The notes beneath the pieces are model-generated. The model did no database searches, was not told where the DNA came from, and was given only the letters and a program-made list of their open reading frames with translations. The position numbers and the translations under genes are program-made. A stretch of 56,901 bases of DNA, counting the filler, from Sphacelaria rigidula (Eukaryota), in assembly GCA_964200075.2 (NCBI GenBank). It is 6 parts of 6 records of this genome, joined end to end, with 100 filler letters (N's around TTAATTAATTAA, not from the genome) between each part and the next. Parts side by side here need not be neighbours in the genome. Positions count along the whole stretch, not along the records: positions 9,503 to 18,903 come from CAXNAA020008586.1; positions 19,004 to 28,403 come from CAXNAA020008587.1; 4 more parts are not named here. The stretch is one strand, 5' to 3'. Each line of letters opens with the position of its first letter. Within the stretch, counting starts at the first letter, position 1. Positions 12,086 to 25,759 of the stretch are shown here, one piece after another.

Positions 12086-13829
12086 ACCTTTACTTATGGG
12101 ACAGACGAAGTATTTGATTGCCCCGAAAAATGCTTGCAGCATAGCAAGGCGCATATGTCGGATTTTGGAATCCAGGATTTGGCAGAAACGTGCAGCAAGT
12201 TTGAAAACCAGGGTGTAAACGTTTGCCCAGAGAGGTGCTTTTCCCGCTCATGTCGCCGACAAAAGTGGAGTGTTTTGGGAGATATCAAGTTCGTGGGGGG
12301 AAAGGGTTTATCCAAAACGCCTCCAAGCAAACATGGTGCAACTAGCTATGCAAAAAGTACAGGCAGCACACGCAGTGCGCACGGTGCAGCAATAGGACGA
12401 TGCAGACAGTATACCGCTGTTCAGCAGGATAGATGGTAGACACAGCTGCAGCAGACACAGCTGTGCGGTACGTGCATGCACACGCAAACGGCACGAGCAT
12501 ACTAGTGTAAGGTACATGCAGAACGGCAGCAAGGACAGAACATTCATTGTATCGTACACGCTAGCACACATAGGGGTGGTACAGACAGTGCATTGCTGTA
12601 GGCGGAAAGAGTAGATGCGGTGTAAATGTTCGGTTTTGATGTGCGAGGGTGTGGCGGGGGTGTGGCGCGACTTGGATCGAGGAACACAAATGTTCTGTCC
12701 ACCAAATGATCGGAGCGGACGAAGGGCTTGGGCACAAAACAAATGTAATCTGACTTCATGTGAACGAAATGGTGGCCTGTGAGGGCTCGAGAGCGCGTAG
12801 AATGCTCGCTGTGAAACGTCGACGGAAAATTCCCTTGGGCTTCGACGAAAATTTTAACGCACAAAATGGTTTTAGACCGCCCCGTCCGGTGGTTACACTG
12901 GTGTGCTATCGGCCACAATGAGTGTCTAGTTTTTTTTTCATGAACGATATACAATAAGGGGGTACGCACTTGTGTTTGTGGAGCAATTAAGGGTACCGCA
13001 TTTTTCGCTTGGGGGCACGGCCCTGCATGCGGGCTGAACACCTCGAAAACACGCGTTCCAGCGCCTCAGCGCCACGCAGAGTGCTGGGACAGTATGCCCG
13101 ACCATTTTTTTTCCCCACACGGTACTAGGCTCACCTACGGCGCGGATAAGGAGAATATGTTCGATTTCCCTTTTATTGCCAAGAAATGAGGAGGGCACAC
13201 CTTACTCTGTGCTAAAGATGTGTATCATACCCTTTTTTGTTCACGTATGCACCCTTTTGTGTTCAAGTACGTACCCTTCTTTGTGCAGAGGTGACCCTAC
13301 CGGGGGCTCCGCAGAAGATACGCCGAACAGTCACAACCATAGCTGTATTTTGTGAAACTACATCCCGCCAGAAAGGCCGACACCCAGCGACCAAGAGGCT
13401 GTAGCTCCCTGCTGGTTGCCCCGCAGACCCGGAAGATCCGACGATGCATCTAAGCCGCGAACGCTGGTGTGCCGGAGATCACACATATCCAATGAAGATG
13501 TGTGAAAAGTCTTGCCGGTACATACACGCCCGAACGGCATCATGTGGCGTCACCATGTGGAACATCAAACCGTTGCGGAGTGCCGTCAAGACTTTTCACA
13601 CATGTTCGTTGGATATGTGTGATCTCCGGCACACAAGCGTTCGCGCCTTATATGCACCGTCGGATCTCCCGGGTTTGCGGGGCAACCAGCAGGGGGCTAC
13701 GGTTCCTTGGTTGTTGGGTGTCGGCCTTTCTGACGGAATGTAATTTCGCAAAATATAGCTATAGTTGTGACTGTTCGGCGTATCTTCTGTAGAGCCTTCG
13801 GTACGATCACCACTGCACAGAGAAGGGTA

Positions 13830-14267
13830 TAACACGGGATCTTACAAATTGGGGATGGATCTTTGACTGGGGATGAGAAACCCGGAGAATTAAATATCCA
13901 CACCAAATCTTCGAAATATGGTTCCATTTCGTCACCTACTGATAGCTATTGATAACTGCCACACGCAATAGAATTTTGGATCTAGATCACCGAAATGTTG
14001 GGGTCGTAGGTGAAAAACCAATTTCGAAACCATTTTGGTGTCAGTTCGGACACCCGGAATTCCCCAAAATTGGTTTTTCACCCAGGACCCCAAAATTTCG
14101 GTGACCGAAATCCAAATTTCTATGGCTTGTAGCAGTTGTCGATGGCTATCTGCAGGTGGAGAAATGAAACCATATTTCGAAGATTTGGTGTAGATACGAA
14201 GATTTTAATCCTCCGGGTTCTCATCCCCAATAAAAGATCCATGCCCAATTTGTAAGACCCCGTGTTG
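13830..14267. mobile_element. 438-bp palindromic MITE with TA TSD (Tc1/mariner-like)
   Basis: TA|(t)aacacgggatcttacaaattggg ... cccaatttgtaagaccccgtgttg|TA. The opposite host arm shows a single TA at the empty site. A relative lies at 51762-52207. Confidence 0.75.
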
Positions 14268-14326
14268 TATGCACTTGAACACAAAAGGGTACATGCGTGA
14301 ACAAAAAGGGGATATGATATGCATTT

Positions 14327-14584
14327 CAAGGGTCGTACAAATAATGATTCGTCTGAAAATTACTTGGTTTTAGTGATGAGTCGACTCGTGACGAATCAAT
14401 CCCTAGGCTTTATTTCAGTGTTGCAACCCAGGTACACGCAGCCCAGACACGTGGAATGAATGGCACAGAAGTTGCGTGGATACCCCTTGGACCAGCGATC
14501 AACTCTTTTCTCCCTTTTGGGCGACCAGGCCGAAGAAATCTTGAATTTGGTGAATGCGAGTCGTGATGATTCGTCCTAACCGTG
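14327..14584. mobile_element. 258-bp hAT-like MITE with 8-bp TSD
   Basis: Flanks atgcattt / atacattt (7/8); CA..TG ends with degenerate TIRs; absent from the opposite arm of the host foldback. Confidence 0.6.
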
Positions 14585-15497
14585 ATACATTTTTAGCAGA
14601 GAGTAGGGTGTACCCTCCTTGTTTGTTGGCAACGAAAGGGAAATCTGACAGGCTCTCCTTATCCGCGCCGTAGGTAAGCCTAGTACCGTGTGGGGAAAAA
14701 CAATGGTCGGGCAAGCTGTTCAGGCACCTTGGGCGTGGGGCTGAGGCGCTGGAACACGTGTTTTCGAGGTGTTCAGCCTGCGTGCAGCACCCTGCCCCAA
14801 AGCGAAAAATGCGGTACCCTTACTTGCTCCACAAACATACGGGTATACTCCCATTTTGTTCCAAAAGCATGAGGATACACTTTTTTTTTGTACACTTCCA
14901 TTTGTTGATCATTATTTCAATTCTTCCCCTTCCTCGGGACGAGACGATAGTCTCAAGGCATCATACCATATTCCCCCCGTTGCGTGTCAGGTATCCCGTT
15001 GTCGAGGGTTGGGTGATGACCGCTCCCGCACCCCGTCGACAGTCTCCAAATTATGTTCACCACTCTTGTTCTCACCCTTCGACTAAAGTCAGATCCTGCT
15101 CAGAACGACAGTATAGATAGATGTGTATATATATATATCTAACACTGTTTTTGTGAGATTTAGAGTATGGGATATAATTGAGAGTTGAGGATACAGTTGA
15201 GAGTAGAGGATACAGTTGAGAATGAAAGGCGGTCAATCAGTGAATGAATCGTTTTAGTTCCAAAATGCCCGTCCACGAGGCTCGATATGCTTTCTGTAGT
15301 AGCTTGCCACCGAGGCCCTCGATATCCCTGAGTACGATATCGACGTGTAGCTGTAACCACACGCCAATGATGTAAGCAAACAAAAGTACACACGGAATGA
15401 AAAATTGGCTGAGTTGAAGCGAATGATCAACAAAACCGCTCTCAATCAGTGCTCTCCTCTCGATCTCACGAAAACTTTGTCATCTATAGTCTCCTTC

Positions 15498-15758
15498 AAG
15501 GAAGGAGAGAACCTGATCCAGCACTCACCCCGCAAGCGGGCATGTACCCCGCAAGCAGGTACTTACCCCGCAAGCGGGTTCGTGTACCGATTACCCGGAG
15601 GCTCGGCTAGACCACCTCGCGGCAGTCATGTGGGGTAGGTACCTCGGGCGCTCGGAAAGCTTTGCTGAAGGTAGTGTGGAGGTCGAACCCACTGAAACCC
15701 CGATTTTCAACTTGGCGCAGTGCACGCGCCGCCCTACTCTTCATGAGCTTAGGCCCTA
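15498..15758 (-). mobile_element. tRNA-headed SINE-like element (second copy 53925-54197)
   Basis: Minus strand begins gggcctAAGCTCAtgaagag (A-box-like) and contains GGGTTCGACCTCC (B-box-like); colinear with 53977-54197; three accccgcaagc units at 15527-15577. Confidence 0.6.
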
Positions 15759-16997
15759 AGAGAAAGACTGTACCCCTCGGGGACCGAAGCTGTCACCCAG
15801 AACGCCTACTGCTGCTACTGCTGTACCAGTAAGATAGACCATCCAGGCCGCGGCGGCTTTGGATTGGTGCGGTTGAGTCCCGACAGTAACGGCGGCTTCT
15901 GTTGGTGTTGGTCGTGGGAAGCATGAAAGTGTGGTGGAGTTGCTTGATTCATTTGATAAATCGTCGAGCACTGACTGGCCTGTCTCATGGGGATCCAGCC
16001 GCGATGACAACGGTGAACGTACCCGAGATACACATAACGAAAAGCACTTGCTGAAGGGAAATTAGAGAAGAACGGAACGGCAAAAACACCCGAAATAGAT
16101 TGAAGTGTAGAAAAAACAAACAGATGAAACAAGGCGAAACGAAGACAAGTAGACAATAACGCCTAGAAACGCGGGGTGGGGCCCCTGCAAGATAGATGAC
16201 TTGAGGTAGAAAAGGCCTCGCGCAAAAGAGGACACGCACTCATATACCCAATCGACAATTAGAAGAAGTCGTGGGGACATGTTGCCGCTCATCTATTTTG
16301 GCCACGCCACTTTCGACATGAGCTCTCACCCATGAACCCCGCGGTAGATTGTGTGGGTTAGCCATAACTTCGACAAAGGTCGATGAGCCGCGGCGAGGAT
16401 ACTGATTCAATGTTGGATGAAAAATTGTGAAGTATGCGTCGGTGTCAAATGGTTGATCTCTGGAGACTGCGGATTTATCTCGAGCAGTAGAGGATGGGAG
16501 GGAGGGAGGGGGGGAGGGAGGGGGGAGGTTGAAGTATTACCCAATAGGAACAAACACGAGTGTTCGTACTTTTAGCTGCACCGCACATGAAACGGTACAA
16601 TGTACCGCAAGCGACAGGCACGACCACAGGCCCGCAGGTGACATTTTTTTTTCTTGTAATTTTGAAAGCGATCGCTCGAATTCGTGATATTTAGTTACAA
16701 GTGCCAGCTTACAGTAGAGTGTTGCCACGTGTCAACGTGTTGCGTTTTGTTTCTGGTGGAATGCTTGTACATTCATTTCCGCGTAGACTGAGGTATAATG
16801 CAGTCCCTTTGCTGACGAATCACCACCGTGGTCGCACACACACACGTTTTGATTTCGATTTTATAGTTTGAAGTACACGAATTTCCCCCACGAAGTTGAT
16901 GCCTAGGTCGTGTGTTTTCAGCTAACGTCCAATTATCGTCATCATCCTATCGGCCACGCAGTGTAGTCTTGATTTTTCACCAATATATATACATATG

Positions 16998-17035
<38 letters not shown>

Positions 17036-17144
17036 ACAATCACGTATTCGGTCGCCTACTCGTCCGCCTGTTTTTATGCCTGCCTGTCTGACTTGGCTGC
17101 TTGGTTGGGGTGGTTGGCCACTTTTATTGTCTTGCACCACACAG

Positions 17145-17249
17145 CTAGAACTGATGACGGAGCTCCAGCCGGTGCTGCTGGACAGATCAACGCTTTTCGG
17201 TGAACCTTTCTCGCGCTTTGGAGCAGCCACGAAGTCGGTGATTAGACAG
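17145..17249 (+). CDS. Candidate internal exon of an unidentified host gene (35 codons, phase 0/0)
   Basis: ...caccacacAG acceptor; LELMTELQPVLLDRSTLFGEPFSRFGAATKSVIRQ; CAG|GTATGT donor; phase-compatible with exon 10271-10402. Confidence 0.55.
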
Positions 17250-18834
17250 GTATGTACTTTTTTTTTTGTCAGGGTGGTGTTCGACTTTACGTCATGTCTT
17301 TTTTTTCTTTCAGATTTGCCTAATTGTTGTTGAGTTCTTTCTTTTCTCTGTTGTTGTCTTCACACGAAGAATCGTTCTGATATCTGCGCAGTATTCTGTA
17401 CTGGACATCTGATGCGTACGCCTTCCGTGGTCACAGGCTAACTACCCAACATAGAGTGAAAAAAAAAGTCGGACCCAGAAAAATTCGCACAGGCGCGATA
17501 CAAAAAAAACAAAAAATGTAGCAATCGAATTAAAAATACGAAAAATAAAATGAAGAAGCACAAAATGCTGCTATCCTCCGAAGTTCCGATGCCGCAGGTA
17601 ACCATTCGGACTACTGGAGGCAGGGTCCAATGATCTCTCTTCATAAAATCTTATTCTATCTGTTGATTTGAAAAAGAAAAAAGAGTCCCGTTGCTCGAAG
17701 ATATTTGCGAATTTGTCATTCAGATGTTACTGTTGTTGTTGGCGCCGGTGCGGACAAGATATACGAGTGACCCAATACTTCAAGGAAAGGCATGCAGCAC
17801 CACGACACTGTAGTAGTAGTGAAAAGAGGAGGGGGAAAGATGGATGCCGTAAGGTTCTGGTCATTTTCGCTGTTTGATGTACTACTAGGAACGATTCACA
17901 CGGGCTTGGTGGGGTGTGCGTTCTTTCAGCGACTAAGTCGAGGGCGGGGGCTCTACTATCCATCCATGCCTGTATGGCGCATGTTACTCTTTAGGGCTGA
18001 ACACTATTGCTGTACTGTCCCTATTGATGTATGCGTGACGGTTCTTATCCGTTCCTTGGACCAACCATCGATGATGTGATAATCGCCTTTTGGTGACGGA
18101 AGAGCCTAGCTTGACCCTGACACCAGCCCCGATATCGCGACAGTACGATGTCACATGACCCCCCGCAAGCACAGAGGATCGATGTGTTGTGAGTTGTGAG
18201 TCCAGTTCTTGTATCGAGGCAAATAGACTCGGGAACCATTTACTGCGGGAAGAAAGGGGTGTGGTCGTTGTGGCGTCCGTGAACGGCAAATGAGCGAGAA
18301 AAGAGCCGAATGTGTGGGTGTCATAGTTGGAGTTGACGCGTGGACTCCCTTGCGCGCAGTGTACCGCATCAGGTACAGGCAAGCGATGGCCTAGGACAGG
18401 TACTTTCTCGGCCGACTGGTGGCCCGCATAAGGTATGATTTGGAAAGAATTCCTAAATCAGGTATACCTGGTGAATACTTAGCCTAGAAAGGGGAAGTGA
18501 TTTCCTTTTGCGCATGGCCGCACAACGCGAGCAATATGTTTTTCTCTTCTATTTGTTTTTCGAGGCCGGGGTCTCAAGGGGCCCCGCGATCGATATGCGT
18601 GAAAAATTTTGAACGAAAGCGTTTTTTTTTTTTTGGAACGAAGACGGTCTAGATGGTGTGTTTTGCTGTTTTCGCATTTGTGGTCCGTTATCGTATCTTT
18701 ATTCGGCAGAAAACGAGAAGGTATACATACCTTTTCTAAGCAACTGCTCTTTTATTCATCCCTCTCCTGCTTTCCTCCGCGGCTTTTGTGCGCCACTCGT
18801 GCCTGAGCTGTGTTTTTGATGGACTCGACAGATT

Positions 18835-18849
18835 TTATTATTATTATTA

Positions 18850-18903
<54 letters not shown>
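18835..18903. repeat. (TTA)n microsatellite at contig end
   Basis: Read directly. Confidence 0.95.
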
Positions 18904-19003
18904 NNNNNNNNNNNNNNNNNNNNNNNNNNNNNNNNNNNNNNNNNNNNTTAATTAATTAANNNNNNNNNNNNNNNNNNNNNNNNNNNNNNNNNNNNNNNNN
19001 NNN
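18904..19003. other. Artificial contig spacer
   Basis: 44 N + TTAATTAATTAA + 44 N. Confidence 0.97.
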
Positions 19004-20979
19004 AGGTCAGTGTTCTGATGACTATGGCATGCATGATCATGAGTACACCCGCCGCCCGATTCCTGGTCCGTAATTGGTATGTTTTTCACGCAAAATATGG
19101 AGTACTTTCTGTGATAATCAATCGCGATTTCCCCGTGTGTCGTGGCCCTTTGAATACGCTGGGAACAGGTACCACGACGGCTACACTTCCTGTACTGACA
19201 GTGACTTTGAGGAGTGCAGCGGCACCCTGCTGGGCACCTACGTTCAGGTATTCTTTTCTTTTCTGTGTCGCGCGGCGCACATCGTAGGTTATTTGAGTGA
19301 TGGAGAGCATACATTGCAGTGGGCATCCTTTGAATAAATGATAGAAAGCCGCTGAACAAGCAGTTTTACTCGTGCCTTCATTCTCCCACGCCGATCGGCG
19401 GCCCATCATCCACGAGTTCTACTCGAAATAGAATCTCGAACTCAAACCAGCTGGACGAGGAAAGTAGAGAACGTTTCTATGGCTGATGCAAAGGCGATAC
19501 CTTGACCGGTAGCACGGAAATGGTCACAACCAAAGGTGTTTGCAGGCATTCAGTCCACTCCAGACTGGGTACAACGATTTAGGTTAGGGACGTGGGAAGT
19601 CACGCAGATAAACGGAAGTCGGCCACGCGACGAGTAGTGGGAGATGCGAGTGACTGCACAACATACTGTTACCGTCTACACTGCTATGCGACAACCGGAT
19701 TGTGGTAGTGAAGTCTTGCACTCTGCGTCGGTTGTGCTGGCTTCGATCGAGACCTGAAATTGCGACCCAAGTCACCACGGTCGGGGTGGTCATCCGGCAC
19801 TGGCCAGCCGCACGTGCTTTTGCCGTTGTCCCAGGGTGTGCATGAATTTTGATGGTGCACAAGGGTGCACATACTGTTTTTTGCTCAAACAATCCTCACC
19901 CACTTTACGTCGACCGATGAAGAACCCTTAAACTACACCATACAGTGCTTAACTTCATCACTCCGATAACCGCCACCATCAAACGTTCATCCGTGAAACA
20001 GAGCGCAAGCAATGATCACGCAAGCTCGTGCGTACTTGTACGTATGCTCAAAAGTGATGGCAACCAACACGTGCCCAGTATTTACCGAAGGTTCTCATGA
20101 GTAATGCACATCTATATCCACCTCCGTACACGCTTCTCTCACTCGCCAATAAGAACCACGCTATCTATTACTGTTGGATAATCGCGGAAAGATACATGCA
20201 ATATGCGCCACAATCACGTCACAGTATTTACGGCATGTCTGTGCTAGCAACTAAAACTGTGTCGAAGACTGCGGTGAGCGACCAGCAGTAACCACATGAG
20301 TGGGCAACTCGTTGCAACTAGCAGGTATAAACTGCATGTGATTCTCTTTCTTTTGCACTTACCTGAGAACCTGCCTAACCTAGTGCATGAGTAATGTTAC
20401 AGCATTTGCATTTGGGTTCAAGAGATGAAACTACGTGCGAAAATAACAACGATATTCATTGCAGTCATACTTACAAGTAACCTCCATCGATAGCCACCTC
20501 AAGTCACCCACCAGACAGTCATGTTCAGGCCACTTTTTGACGGATACTATTGGTGAACAGGGCGTTGGACGTGGGCAGCGTTGGGCCGAGCCATTTTTCC
20601 CCGCCCGCTCACCCGTGGACAGCTCGGATGGACTACACATCATCCGCAGGGGGCAGGGGCCGACTGTGCAGGTTCGACCATCACTGTAATGTTCACACAC
20701 AGCACAAGGTTCTGTCTACCTGCCATCCTTCTAATGCGGTGGACTATCGCTGACCCAACGAGCTTCAGATTTTTCATTACAGTTCTGCTTCTCCCCGACC
20801 GCCACCGTTCTGGGGTTGGTTGTGTCGGGGTAGGCTAACCCCGTCGACAACACAACCAGTAAGTAAGGGAGAGTAAGTTAACCTACTGGCTTGTCTGCGT
20901 GTCGTGTCAGTGGTAATGCAACACACAGTCTAGGTAGTGGGTCATGTCGACGGTGCCAACGTCCAGGCTCAATTCTGCA

Positions 20980-23900
20980 GCTTCGGAGGTCTACTCTAGG
21001 AGGGGAACCAAGCTGAACCCCGCGGAAAACCCCGCAGCTGAAACAACAGCTCGCCCGTAAAATGAGAAGGCGCAACAGACCAAAAAGGTGACGAGATCAA
21101 AGAGAACGACACGTGAATATAGAGAAGGCCAAAGCTAGGACACGTGGTGGGGAGCTCAAAGAAGCTACCTATAACGTCCGTACACTGTCCCTCACGGGAA
21201 AGAATGGTGCTGGCCATGCTGAGGTAGTCTTGCAAAAATGACAGGCAGCCGGATGTGACGTCATCGGGCTACAGGGAACGAGGAGACCAGGTCGATCAAA
21301 ATTTCGTGCGGCGGTATACCGCGTCTTTTGTTGCGGGGCAGAGGGGGGCAAGGGAAGGGCTGGTCAAGATGGGGTTGGGTTGGCGGTCAAGAAGTCGATC
21401 ATCAACCAGGCGACGTGGCCATGGGCACTCATGAGCGAACGCCTCATATCGATGACTTTCAACCTAGCGGGTGTTTCAAATGCTGCTGCTAAGTTTGTCG
21501 TTGCATACGCCCCGACAGACACTCCACAGTTGAGAGAAGAGATGGACGTGTTCTGTCCTGAGGTAGACGGTATTGTGAACTGTATCAACCACAAGCATTA
21601 CTTGTCTATTTTAATGGACGCTAACGCGTGGACTGGACTACGAACAGGCGAGGAGGAACGTAAAACTGTAGGGCATACGGCTGAGGTCCCCAATCTAACG
21701 ACAGTAACGGCACATCTCTAATACAACTTGCAGGCGACAAAAGGCTTTCCCTGATCAAAACGTTCTTTTCCACCCCTAAGGGTAACCCCCCGCGTACCTT
21801 CACCGGTGTTGCGAATCGCCCCGCAGACAGAAAACGTATTGACTACATCATCACACGGCAAGATCACCGCAGGCTCGTTCGCAATGTCACCGTTCACCTT
21901 CAACCCCCCAACTCGCCGGACTCTGACCACAACATCGTGTGCGCCTCAGTGCCGCTTCTTTGTCGCTTCGCACACAACAGACCTAGACGAATCCCAAGTG
22001 AGCGTACACCGATCGACAGACGGGCAATAGTATCTGACCCCGTCAGACGTTAGCAGCTCACCCAGCACACCACCAGCGAGCTCGAACGGAGTATACCTGG
22101 TGATACAGTTAGTTCACTGGCAACGAACTTTGCCGACGTGCTCTTGAGTGCGGCTGAAAAGGTCGTACCCTATCTGACCCGAAAGCCACGTATACCGGGG
22201 TGGTTCGAGGATGCTGAAATCAAACCGGAATTCAAACTTGCCTGGATGGAAAGAGGAAGGACGAGATCAATGGTGAGACTGGGATCATCCCGAGATAACT
22301 CGCATGGCGCGCATTGCGAGCAGCATGCGAAAAGATGAAAAATGTGATCCAAGTTGGAGTTGATAAATATATGGATGTGTATTCTAGAGAATTAGAGGAG
22401 TACATTCGAGCGGGGGACATGAGAGGATGGTACAGACATCTCGACGGAGGGTGGACACTGTCTGGACGGTCAATCGAGAGTGAACAGTACATCCGAGATA
22501 AGGACGGCAATTGACTGCAGGGCAGGTTTGATCAGTGCGAGATGAGAACGGTGCGATTCAACATTGCTGAACGCCATATCGGCAACGATCGACCGCACCA
22601 TCATCGAGAAGATTGCTCAACGACCAATAGCGTTGTCACCAGGAGACCCACCAAGCTCAAGTGAGACTGAGGAGGCTCTGAGAGCTATGTCGAATGGCAA
22701 AGCACCCGGTCCGGATGGTATTCCCGCTGAAATTCTGAAGCTTAGACTTAACGGGGAGGCGTCGGACATTCTGTACCACTTCCACGACATCGTCTCTGCG
22801 GTTTGGACATCTGGCGAGGTGCCGCGAGAATGGAAATATGTCACCATCAAAGTGCTACACAAAAAACAAGATAGGACCCAGTGTAGTAGCTACAGAGGCA
22901 AGCTCTCTTCTGAATCGTAGCCAACAGGCTCGGGTGATTCTTGTGAGGAAAATATGTCTTCCCACAAGAGCAGTGTGGATTGAGGCGCCAAAGATCGACC
23001 GTAGACATGATGTTCATTGTACGCCGACTCCAGGAGTTAGCACGGGCGAGCAATATCCCAACAAACATGTACTTTATCGATATGTAGAAAGCCTACGGTT
23101 CCGTAGACCGCATGCTCCTGTGGGAAGTGCTTGCTCGTTTCGGAGTCTCGTCGCGAATGATCACAATCATCCGTATGTTTCCCGACGGCATGCGAGCTAG
23201 GTAGTGGCGAACTATCAGCGTGGCTCGACGTCTGCCAGGGACTCAGACAAGGTTGCGTTTCATCTCCGCTGCTGTTCAACATCTTTGGAGCAGGCTTGGT
23301 GGAAGTGATCGTCCAGCGGTTTGCGACGGACCCAGTCGTCGTCTCAGACTTCGTCTTTTTAGATGATGCGCCCCAAGATGTCGGTGAACCCGTGGAAGAG
23401 ACACCACTGGAGGAGGTGCGACACGCGGTGTGGGCAATACTCTATGCGGGCGACGCTGGCATAGCCTCGAAGACCTCAAAAGGTCTTGGTCGAATTACGG
23501 CCGTAATAGTGATGACCTAGGTGATGGTCTCCGAGAATCAGACAGAGTCCATGCGCCTTTGGTCAGTACCTAGTCCCACGAAGGCCACCATGTATATCAA
23601 AGCTGCCGGTGAATGGTATAAGCAGACAGGGAAGTTCATCTACCTTGGTGGAGCTATCAGCGCGGATGCTAAAATGTTCATCGAAATCAACCGCCTTCTC
23701 AGCGCGGCGTGGGTGCGTATCCGAAAATATAGCTCCCAACTGTACGACCGACCCAACGCCGAGCTTCCTTGAAAGTTGGACTGCTTTAAGCGGAGGTGGT
23801 AAAAGCTCTGTTGTTTGGGTGTGCCACATAGATGCTACGTGTTGAGGGCTTCGACAGTCTGCACACTGCCCATCAAAAGCTCTTGCTGCGAGTGGTTGGA

Positions 23901-24771
23901 TGTTGCAGGAACGATCAAAATGGCTACAAGACTCTTTCGTACAGAGCGGTGCTCGAGATGACCAACTGCAAACATATCGAGGCGGCTGTCCGCAAACGTC
24001 AACTCTGGTTCTCGGGAGCCCTTACCCGGCAGAAAGACACGAGCCTTCCCCAGCGTGTCATGAACGGTCGGCTTCCCACACGAGGACCCAAGGAGGTCGG
24101 CCACCCCCCCCAAGCAACGGGAGGATACCCTAATGGAGAAGCTACGTGTGCTAGGGGCTGTCCCGCACAACGGAGCCCAACGGAAGTATTTCGTCTACGG
24201 TGTCGAGGTTAACGATGCATACGATTGGGTCACTACTGCGAAGAACATGTGCAAGCGGCATATTAGAGTCGAAAAGGGAGCGGAAGAATTAGAGGGCACG
24301 TGGCGACGTGCGGATAACGAGAATCAGACCGCCGTCATGAGCGAGAGGCTGCTGCGTCGAGGGCTGCCAATTGGAGAATCCTGTCTGGTCTTATCGGTTG
24401 TTGATTTTGTCCTTAGTCGATGGCTCTGCGATGCACACTGGTGTGTATCTGTATCTACTCCGCTGCCCTGAGTCCCTCGGGCCTTATCCTTTTTTTAGTC
24501 TTTATATTGTATATTTCATCTTATTTTCTCTTTACTTCCCTCTTTTCTCTTTTTTGTTTTAGGTCGGCCATCTCTCCCCTTGCTTTTCTTGTGTTGAATT
24601 TTTTACTACGTTTTTTTGTCACGACTTAGTCGGCTCTGTCGTTCTGTCCGACCTCGTTTTTTTTCCTGTCCCGTTTTTTTCTTCAGAGCGTGTTTCAGTT
24701 TCGTTTTTCTTAGGTACCTTTATCATGAGACCACGGCTAGACCCCTGGGGGGTCAGTTGAAGTGCGGCAAT
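20980..24771 (+). mobile_element. Decayed RTE-type non-LTR retrotransposon (APE endonuclease + reverse transcriptase)
   Basis: APE start ATYNVRTL (~21165), DVIGLQ, GVGLAVK; RT KAPGPDGIPAE, GLRQGCVSSPLLFN (23239-23280), YAGD (23443-23454, decayed YADD), FIYLGG; many stops and frameshifts; T-rich 3' UTR ending gtgcggcaat. The 5' boundary is approximate. Confidence 0.92.
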
Positions 24772-25759
24772 GAAGTTGTACATGCGCTGAGGACACGACT
24801 GCCCCTGCTCAAGCGTTTGGTGCTTGTTGGCGTGGCGTATTTTTGGGTACAAGTTGACCCCCGTTCACACGTTGCATGTTGAGTAGCAAACGTGATGTAA
24901 AGAACCTGTGACATCATATTGTCTTTCGTGCAAAAAAGAGATGAATCGGTGGTTGCAGTAATAATGCAAGCGGCAGTCACGGCGTAACGTCATGAATCGA
25001 CTCTCGAAAGGGAGCCTATAACTGATTCATGAAGACAAGAAGAAGAATGCGCCCTTAGGGCGGCAGACGTTCGGTGGCGTTTCGCCATGTAACGTGTGAT
25101 ACCTGCGTTTAAGTACATTTATTGTAAGGCCATGCTTCATTTATTACGCTGGCAGGACCGCTTCATGGATTCGCTGCATGCTCAAAACATGGTCTCTCAC
25201 AAAGAGGCCCTTGCTCTGGTGGGCGTGAACACCGACGACATTCCCCCTCCCGACCTGTGCATTGTTGGCGACTTCCTGGGCCCAACTGGTGAGTTCCATG
25301 CTTTTAACGTCGAGCTCACGTTCGTTTTGCACTTATAAAAAACTGTAGTGTGGTATGATACCTTCTGAGTAACGAAAAGGTTGTTCTTCAAGTGCATGTC
25401 TTGCGCGTCGCGCCTGAAACGTTCATTATGCCTTCACGATAGGCCACGTTCTAGAGGGGTATATCTAATCTGGAACACTCGTACGTATCGTGTGTTCATG
25501 TTGCAGCTATTAGTGGATCCGTTGTCGTTGTTGCTGGAGGCGGTACATTTGCTTGGGTTTGTTGTATGTTTTTAGTGCATTCACAGTTCATCTCATCTTC
25601 GTCGCTCGGGTGTGCCTTTGCCCGTTGCTCAACGTGTTAAATATGATCCCATTTATGGTACATCAGCCGGTGCTCACCTTCGCCAAACCAACACCCTGCC
25701 GATAGGAGCTATTGATGAGGTACGACAAATTCAAAGGGGTGGGGGGAAGGACCCTCTGT

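Larger units (their letters stand above)
12951..14859. mobile_element. Large foldback element (~570-bp arms) with two nested insertions in the right arm
   Basis: 12951-13521 is the reverse complement of 13579-13829 + 14270-14326 + 14593-14859 (e.g. ccccacacggtactaggct / agcctagtaccgtgtgggg). Confidence 0.85.
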
